A stretch of 64,000 bases of DNA from an uncultured Candidatus Saccharibacteria bacterium (GTDB taxonomy: Bacteria; Patescibacteriota; Minisyncoccia; Phycocordibacterales; DATDWN01). The stretch spans positions 107,255 to 171,254 of the forward strand of contig CAZQVT010000001.1 in assembly GCA_964596875.1 (NCBI GenBank), given 5' to 3'. A program made the position numbers and the translations under genes. Below, in pieces: positions 58,545 through 64,000 of the stretch (positions within the stretch are counted from its first letter, which is position 1; the number at the start of each line of letters is the position of its first letter). The notes below the pieces were generated by a model. That model was not told the DNA's origin and searched no databases. It saw nothing but the letters and a program-made list of their open reading frames with translations.

Positions 58545-59156
58545 TTAGTTTCTGTTTTTCAAGGCGTTTTTTATAGTGTCGCTGTCAGAGTATTCCAGTT
58601 CGGTTCCGGTAGAAAGTCCTCTGCCAAGAGTTGAGATTTTAATATTATTTTTAGTTGTAACATCTTTTAGAAATTCAGTTAGGTAGTTTACAGTGTTTTC
58701 TCCTTCAGGGTTGTAGTTTAATGCTAAAATAATTTCATTTAGTCCTGTTGAGACTTTTGTTTGTATGGTTTGAAGTAAATCTTTTTGTCTTATTCTATTT
58801 TCAGGATTTTTTTCAAGTATTGGGACAGTGCCACCTAGTATAAAATAATAGCCGTTATAAAACTTTGTTTTTTCTATATTTTCATAATCCACATCATGGG
58901 AAACTATCATAAGTTGTTTTGGGTCCCGGTTAGTGTCTCTACAAACTGGACAAAGAGTATTTGTGCTGTTTGGAAAAAACCTAAAACAACTTGTGCACGA
59001 ATGTACTGTGGATCGAACCTCTTTTATTAACCCAGCAAGGTCGGTTGCATACCCCGGGTTTTTGTTCAGTAAAAAGTACACAAAACGTTTTGCTTGTCGT
59101 GGTCCGATTCCAGGAAACTCCTTAAAGAGTTCTATGAGTCGTTCAGTGTTGTTCAT
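58545..59156 (-). CDS. recR: recombination protein RecR
   Basis: Zn finger CTSCFRF..CPVCRD and Toprim domain. 203 aa. Confidence 0.9.
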   Translation of the reverse strand: MNNTERLIELFKEFPGIGPRQAKRFVYFLLNKNPGYATDLAGLIKEVRSTVHSCTSCFRFFPNSTNTLCPVCRDTNRDPKQLMIVSHDVDYENIEKTKFYNGYYFILGGTVPILEKNPENRIRQKDLLQTIQTKVSTGLNEIILALNYNPEGENTVNYLTEFLKDVTTKNNIKISTLGRGLSTGTELEYSDSDTIKNALKNRN

Positions 59157-59206
59157 ATAACCATATTATCAAATTTTTAAAACTCTTTCTCCTTGAGTTC
59201 TGGATT

Positions 59207-59319
59207 TCAAACTTTCAGATTTGTGATAAGGTCGCGTATAAAATTTCGAAATACGAGAAGCCTTACAAGTAGTAAGGCGACGAGAATTTTGAAATTTTAG
59301 ACGATGAGATTAGCCAAAT
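59207..59319 (-). repeat. MITE/REP-like element family 1, copy R4 (inverted orientation)
   Basis: TACGAGAAGCCTTACAAGTAGTAAGGCGACGAGAATTTTGAAA is the reverse complement of the R2 core. Ends AAACTTTCAGATTTG / CCAAATGTGGAAGTTTT. Confidence 0.6.
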
Positions 59320-59328
59320 GTGGAAGTT

Positions 59329-60702
59329 TTAGAATTCTGAGAATTCTTTGTCAGCACCCCCGTACTGACTCTTATCCAAACTCTGGAAAGTAGCTTTCTT
59401 TTCGTTAAAGAATAGATCAACTTTTCCAACCTCACCGTTTCTGTGTTTTTCGATAAGTATTTCTGCGATGTTGGTTTTTTCCGACTCGTCTTTGTATTTG
59501 TCTTCACGGTGAATAAACATAACCACGTCCGCATCCTGTTCAATAGATCCAGAGTCACGAAGGTCAGAAAGTCTTGGTCTTCCACCTCTTTTTTCAACTT
59601 CACGAGAAAGCTGTGAAAGCGCTATGACGGGCACATCCATTTCACGAGCAAGATTTTTTAGCCCTCGAGATATTTCTGTTATTTGTTGCACCACGTTGTC
59701 TGACTTTGTGTTTGTTGGAGCAATAAGTTGCAGGTAGTCCACCACGATAAGTCCTAAGTTGTGCTCGTTTTTTAGTCTGCGAGCCATACTTCGCATTTTC
59801 AGTAGATTGTTCCCTGGTTGGTCGTCTATGTGTATTGGTGCTTTGTTTAGTTTATCTAGGGACTCTCGTATCGCTTCAAAGTCATTTTGTCTTGAAAGTT
59901 TGCCAGTACGAAGTTTCCATGCATCCACATTTGCTTGTGCTGCTAGCATTCTATCTACTAGTTGTTGTGAACTCATTTCAAGAGAAAATATTCCCACAGT
60001 AATGTTGTGGTTTACAGCGGCTTGTCTAGCGATATCTAAGGCCAGGGAAGTCTTACCCATTGAAGGCCGTGCAGCAAGGATAATGAGGTCTGACTTTTGG
60101 AAACCAGCAAGCTTGTGGTCAATGTCAGCAAAACCACTTGGGATTCCTCGCATTTCATTTTCTCCTGAGTGAAGTTTGTCGAGTCTTTCCCAGGCCTCTT
60201 CAAGTTCATCTTTGATGTGTACAAACTTGTGAGCAGTGTTAAAGTTTGTAACTTCAAAAAGTTTTTTCTCGGCGTTGTCTAGCATTTCTTCTAGCTCTTT
60301 GTTTTCATCGTATCCGATTTGTGAGATATGGTCAGATGCTTCTATAAGTCTTCGCATCATGTATTTTTTCTGAACAATCTCCGCGTAGTATGTTGCATTG
60401 GCAGAAGAGGGGACTATATTCACTATTTCGGTAAGGTATGTGTTTCCACCAACTTGGTCGAGCCAACCTTTTTCTTTTAGTTTGCTTGAAACAGAAAGTA
60501 GATCGATAGGAGATTTCTTTTGGAAAAGTTCCATCATTGTTTCAAAAATAACTCGGTGCTTTTCAGAGTAAAAACATTCTGACTTTATAGTGTCCATAAT
60601 ATCAAACAGAACTTCTGGTCGAAGTAGTATGGAACCGAGGAGTGCCATTTCTGACTCTAGGTTCTGTGGGGGAATTCTCATGCCTTTAGCGTTTGTTGCC
60701 AT
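59329..60702 (-). CDS. dnaB: replicative DNA helicase DnaB
   Basis: Walker A ARPSMGKTS. RecA-like C-terminal domain. N-terminal DnaB domain. Confidence 0.9.
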   Translation of the reverse strand: MATNAKGMRIPPQNLESEMALLGSILLRPEVLFDIMDTIKSECFYSEKHRVIFETMMELFQKKSPIDLLSVSSKLKEKGWLDQVGGNTYLTEIVNIVPSSANATYYAEIVQKKYMMRRLIEASDHISQIGYDENKELEEMLDNAEKKLFEVTNFNTAHKFVHIKDELEEAWERLDKLHSGENEMRGIPSGFADIDHKLAGFQKSDLIILAARPSMGKTSLALDIARQAAVNHNITVGIFSLEMSSQQLVDRMLAAQANVDAWKLRTGKLSRQNDFEAIRESLDKLNKAPIHIDDQPGNNLLKMRSMARRLKNEHNLGLIVVDYLQLIAPTNTKSDNVVQQITEISRGLKNLAREMDVPVIALSQLSREVEKRGGRPRLSDLRDSGSIEQDADVVMFIHREDKYKDESEKTNIAEILIEKHRNGEVGKVDLFFNEKKATFQSLDKSQYGGADKEFSEF

Positions 60703-60825
60703 GGGTACATTCTAGCATGTTGTTACCACGCTAAGTCCACACAAAAGTCTCATAACTATGTGTAGAATTTGTGGATATCAAAAAACCTCCACTTGGGAGG
60801 TTTTCTGCTTTAGTGTTTTAAAATA

Positions 60826-61968
60826 TTATGGAGTTGTTGTAAATGATTGAACAGTGCCAAATGCTGTACCAGCAGCGTTACTTGCTAAGGCACAGTAGTA
60901 ATAAGTTGTAGATGAGCTTAGTGAAGTTACAAAGTTTGAGTAGGCAACAGAAGTAGAACCATTTCCCAATGAAACTCCGCCTACAAGTGGGGCTCTAGTT
61001 CCAAAAGTATCGTCACAAACTACTGGATCAGTTGTGCTGTATCTGAACCAACCAGTAGATGTAGATTTGTTTGGGTTGGCGTTACCTTTCAGAAGTGCTG
61101 TTGAAGAGGTAGACGCTATTGCAGTGTCAGTGCTTACTGTTGGTGCAGCTAGAGATGTTGTTGATGATGCAATGTTAGAGTAAGAAGATTGACCACCAAA
61201 ATTATACGCTCGTATTCTGTACCAGTATTTTGTATTTGGACTTAGTCCTGTATCGTTATACGCAATTGAATTTGTAGATGTTGTCGCTATTTGTGAAAAT
61301 GGTCCAGACACAGATGTTCCTCTTTCAACAAAATATCCATCTTCAATAGTATTTACATCACTCCATGCAAGGTTAATTTGCGATGAGGAAACTGTAGAGG
61401 CAGTTAGGTATGTTGATGAAGTTGAAATTGTAAGTGATGTGTAGGTTATTACAGTTCCAATTCTACTCAGTCTTGCACCTCTTGTTCCCGCAGAATACAC
61501 TGCGCCGGACTCTAGTGTAGATGTAGAAGTTTTAAGAATATTCAAACTTGAAAAAGTAGATGCAGAAAGTCCGGCTGGTGTTGTGCCTGTTAGAGCATAT
61601 CCTCCAGCGTCACTACTATTTGTTCCATTCATTCTATAAAATACATTCATTGTTGAACTTCCACCACCTGCAGAATTTCTAGATGCGCATGGAGTTATAG
61701 CGATGTCTGTAATTACGGAACCGTTTGGCACTGTGGCCAAACTTATTCCATATGAGTCTCGGTTTCCAACAGTATTTGTAGAGTTATAATCCGTAGTTCC
61801 GTTACAAGTCGCCTCGTCTACAAGAGCAAAATGTGACGCGCCACTGTTTGGTGTCCATGATGTGTAGTTTCCATCAGAAACTGGCACAAGTGATGATGTT
61901 GTTAGCGCACTAGCTACACCCGCTATTGCAAGTAGAGAAAGTATTCCAAAATAATATTTTCTATTCAT
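60826..61968 (-). CDS. secreted Ser/Thr-rich surface protein with fibronectin type III domain
   Basis: Signal peptide. S/T-rich low-complexity regions. FN3-like QINLAWSDV..YWYRIRAYN. Confidence 0.55.
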   Translation of the reverse strand: MNRKYYFGILSLLAIAGVASALTTSSLVPVSDGNYTSWTPNSGASHFALVDEATCNGTTDYNSTNTVGNRDSYGISLATVPNGSVITDIAITPCASRNSAGGGSSTMNVFYRMNGTNSSDAGGYALTGTTPAGLSASTFSSLNILKTSTSTLESGAVYSAGTRGARLSRIGTVITYTSLTISTSSTYLTASTVSSSQINLAWSDVNTIEDGYFVERGTSVSGPFSQIATTSTNSIAYNDTGLSPNTKYWYRIRAYNFGGQSSYSNIASSTTSLAAPTVSTDTAIASTSSTALLKGNANPNKSTSTGWFRYSTTDPVVCDDTFGTRAPLVGGVSLGNGSTSVAYSNFVTSLSSSTTYYYCALASNAAGTAFGTVQSFTTTP

Positions 61969-62104
61969 TGATTAAAATTTAATTATAATTTGTTAACTGT
62001 ATAATTATAACAAAATAAATTTGATTGTTTGTGAAGTTGGGGATACGAACAAGGCCACACATGCGTGTGGCCTGTACTACGTTTCGCCCACGTAGTTGGG
62101 GTTG

Positions 62105-62293
62105 TTACTCGGCCCTGTTTCTGGCCTCGATGAGCGCGCGTCCTCTTTCAGCCCGCGCCTTGTGGCTGGGGTCTGATCTGTTGCACTCGCACACTCCGTC
62201 GGCGCAGTCCATGTCGTGGGCTGCTTCCATGTCTCCAGCGAGTTTACGGACGAGGGTCTTGTCGGTCGACAGTGGTCGCAGCTGCGGGTCCAT
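62105..62293 (-). CDS. GC-rich small protein (62 aa) with DCADGVCEC Cys motif
   Basis: Minus-strand consensus promoter TTGACT-17-TACAAT (62314-62342). RBS GGAGGC 6 nt before the ATG. Downstream hairpin GGCCACACgcatGTGTGGCC. Confidence 0.45.
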   Translation of the reverse strand: MDPQLRPLSTDKTLVRKLAGDMEAAHDMDCADGVCECNRSDPSHKARAERGRALIEARNRAE

Positions 62294-62370
62294 AGCAAAG
62301 CCTCCAATAGAGAATTGTATCAAGCAACAGTTATTTAGTCAAGTCAAGTATAAATAATATTGTGGAAACA

Positions 62371-63726
62371 CTAGGCTATTTCAGTGCCGTCTTTTGTGTC
62401 TTTTACTTCAAAACCTAGGTTCTCAATTTGTTTTCGTAGTTCATCACTTTTTGCAAAGTCCTTGTTGTTGCGAGCCTCATCCCTTTCTTGTACAAGTTTC
62501 AAAACCTCCTCGGGGATTACTACAGTGACGACTCTGTCTAGCTCTAGTCCTAAAACTGCGTCCATGTTTAGTATGGTTTCTTTTTTATCCGCTGGTGAAA
62601 TCGTTTCAGAGTTTAGTACTTCTGAAATAAGTGCCAGGGCTTTTGCAGTGTCCAAATCATCATTTACATATTTAAGAAAGTCAGTCGGAACCTCGCTTCC
62701 ATTGTCAGGAAGTTTAGAAAGTTTTTGACGGATTCTGTTTAGTGCTGTTTGTGCTCCAGCCAGTGTCTCCCAACTAAAAGAAAGAGGGGAAGAATATCTA
62801 GCACCTAGGAAAACATAACGTAGTGCTAGTGGGTCAATATTTTTTTCTTTTAGTGTTTGCAGGGTAATAAAGTTGTCTCCTGACTTTGCCATTTTGTCTT
62901 CACCTATTTTTAGGTGTGCATTGTGTAGCCAGTATTTTGCATATGGGTTACCAGCGCAGACTGACTGAGCTATTTCATTGTTGTGATGCACTGGTATGTG
63001 GTCTATTCCTCCTGTGTGTACATCAAACTCAGGACCTAGATATTTTACTGACATTGCAGAACACTCTATGTGCCAACCAGGGAAACCTTTCCCAAAAGGT
63101 GCATCATAGCCCAGTTCGTTGTTAAATTTCCATACAGCAAAGTCCTGAGAGTTTCTTTTTTCAGGGTTTAGACCTATTCTAGATTCTGTATCATCTGAAA
63201 TTTTTACATTTCCAAGTTTGCCGTAGTCAGGGAACTTTTTAATATCAAAATATATTCCATCAGAAGTTTTGTATGTAAAACCACCTTTCTCTAGTTTTTC
63301 CACAAGTTCAATATCTTCCTGTATGTGGTCAGATGCAAAAGGGAAGTGTTCCGGCATTTCTATGTTTAAAGACTTCAAATCATCTTTAAACTTTTCAAAA
63401 TAAAAGTCAGCGACCTCGCGCATCGCAGAAAGGGTTAGAGGTTTGCCTTCACGTTTCAGGGCTTTTGTCATTTTGTCCTCACCGTCGTCAGAGTCAGACG
63501 AAAGATGTCCAATGTCAGTGACATTTATAACTTGGTTTACATTTAAACCATTGTATTCAAAAACTCGACGCAAGGTGTCAGCAAAAACATATGCTCTTAA
63601 GTTTCCAATGTGTGCGTAGTCGTATACAGTTGGTCCACAGTTATACATAGAAACAGAACCTTCTTTCAAAGGTTTGAACTCTTCTTTTTGCCCCGAAAGG
63701 GTATTATGCAAGTAGATTTCGCTCAT
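62371..63726 (-). CDS. cysS: cysteinyl-tRNA synthetase
   Basis: HIGN and KMAKSG (KMSKS) class I motifs. Zn-binding Cys residues. Confidence 0.9.
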   Translation of the reverse strand: MSEIYLHNTLSGQKEEFKPLKEGSVSMYNCGPTVYDYAHIGNLRAYVFADTLRRVFEYNGLNVNQVINVTDIGHLSSDSDDGEDKMTKALKREGKPLTLSAMREVADFYFEKFKDDLKSLNIEMPEHFPFASDHIQEDIELVEKLEKGGFTYKTSDGIYFDIKKFPDYGKLGNVKISDDTESRIGLNPEKRNSQDFAVWKFNNELGYDAPFGKGFPGWHIECSAMSVKYLGPEFDVHTGGIDHIPVHHNNEIAQSVCAGNPYAKYWLHNAHLKIGEDKMAKSGDNFITLQTLKEKNIDPLALRYVFLGARYSSPLSFSWETLAGAQTALNRIRQKLSKLPDNGSEVPTDFLKYVNDDLDTAKALALISEVLNSETISPADKKETILNMDAVLGLELDRVVTVVIPEEVLKLVQERDEARNNKDFAKSDELRKQIENLGFEVKDTKDGTEIA

Positions 63727-63731
63727 TTATT

Positions 63732-64000
63732 TTATAACCACTTTTTATGCTTTGCGTAGACCAAGGCTACTGTTGCTGATGTTAGCATAAGCACCGCAAC
63801 TATCAAAAAGCCGTTCGGGTTGTCTATAAAAGGTAGTCCTTCTACACGCATAGCAAAAACCCAGGCAATAAGGTTAAGTGGAAGAATTACGAAACCCATC
63901 ACAGTTAGTTGTTTTACTATCTCGTTTTGTTTTGATGTTAGTAGGGAGTTGTTTGTGTTTCTAAGTTCTCGCAACATTTCTAGGTTAAATCTTATATTGC
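63732..64000 (-). CDS. CorA-like Mg2+/Co2+ transporter, C-terminal TM portion (N-terminus beyond window end)
   Basis: Two C-terminal TM helices with an MRVEG loop in the GMN position, and a basic C-terminal tail. Gene continues past 64000. Confidence 0.45.
   Translation of the reverse strand, partial: NIRFNLEMLRELRNTNNSLLTSKQNEIVKQLTVMGFVILPLNLIAWVFAMRVEGLPFIDNPNGFLIVAVLMLTSATVALVYAKHKKWL

Overview
The window looks like a low-GC (about 35%) genome typical of Candidate Phyla Radiation bacteria such as Parcubacteria. It carries an rpoB(3' end)-rpoC-dnaG-rpoD block, many housekeeping genes (hisS, truB, typA, fmt, def, priA, proS, lysS, cysS, greA, frr, rseP, recR, dnaB, rplU), two mreB paralogs with an mreBCD-mrdA cluster, an mraZ-rsmH-ftsL-ftsI cluster, and two tRNAs (Asn-GTT, Glu-CTC). 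Three things stand out. (1) At least 14 short GC-rich (55-65%) micro-islands of 0.2-1.2 kb sit in intergenic spaces. Most read as a self-contained cassette: a strong sigma70-type promoter (near-consensus in the i, j, k and m islands), a GGAGG-type RBS often only 3-4 nt from the start, a small ORF of 17-250 aa or a structured RNA, then a GC-rich intrinsic terminator. Recognisable products are an Amidase_3 cell-wall amidase, a PQ-loop-like membrane protein, an EamA/SMR-like protein, a YdjM/DUF457-like protein and a lipoprotein. The rest are novel small peptides, including a 35-aa type-I-toxin-like hydrophobic peptide, and two or three candidate ncRNAs. (2) Two families of about 120-150 bp terminal-inverted-repeat (MITE/REP-like) elements, four copies each, lie immediately after stop codons. 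One family carries a terminator hairpin and compensatory base changes in its stems. (3) There are unusual gene architectures: a UvrD-type helicase fused to an Fe-S PD-(D/E)XK nuclease, a PriA-like protein without Walker motifs, a sigma70 with a lysine-rich N-terminal tail, and an orphan VirD4-like ATPase. No CRISPR array, rRNA or classical transposase was seen. All calls rest on reading motifs by eye; no searches were run.
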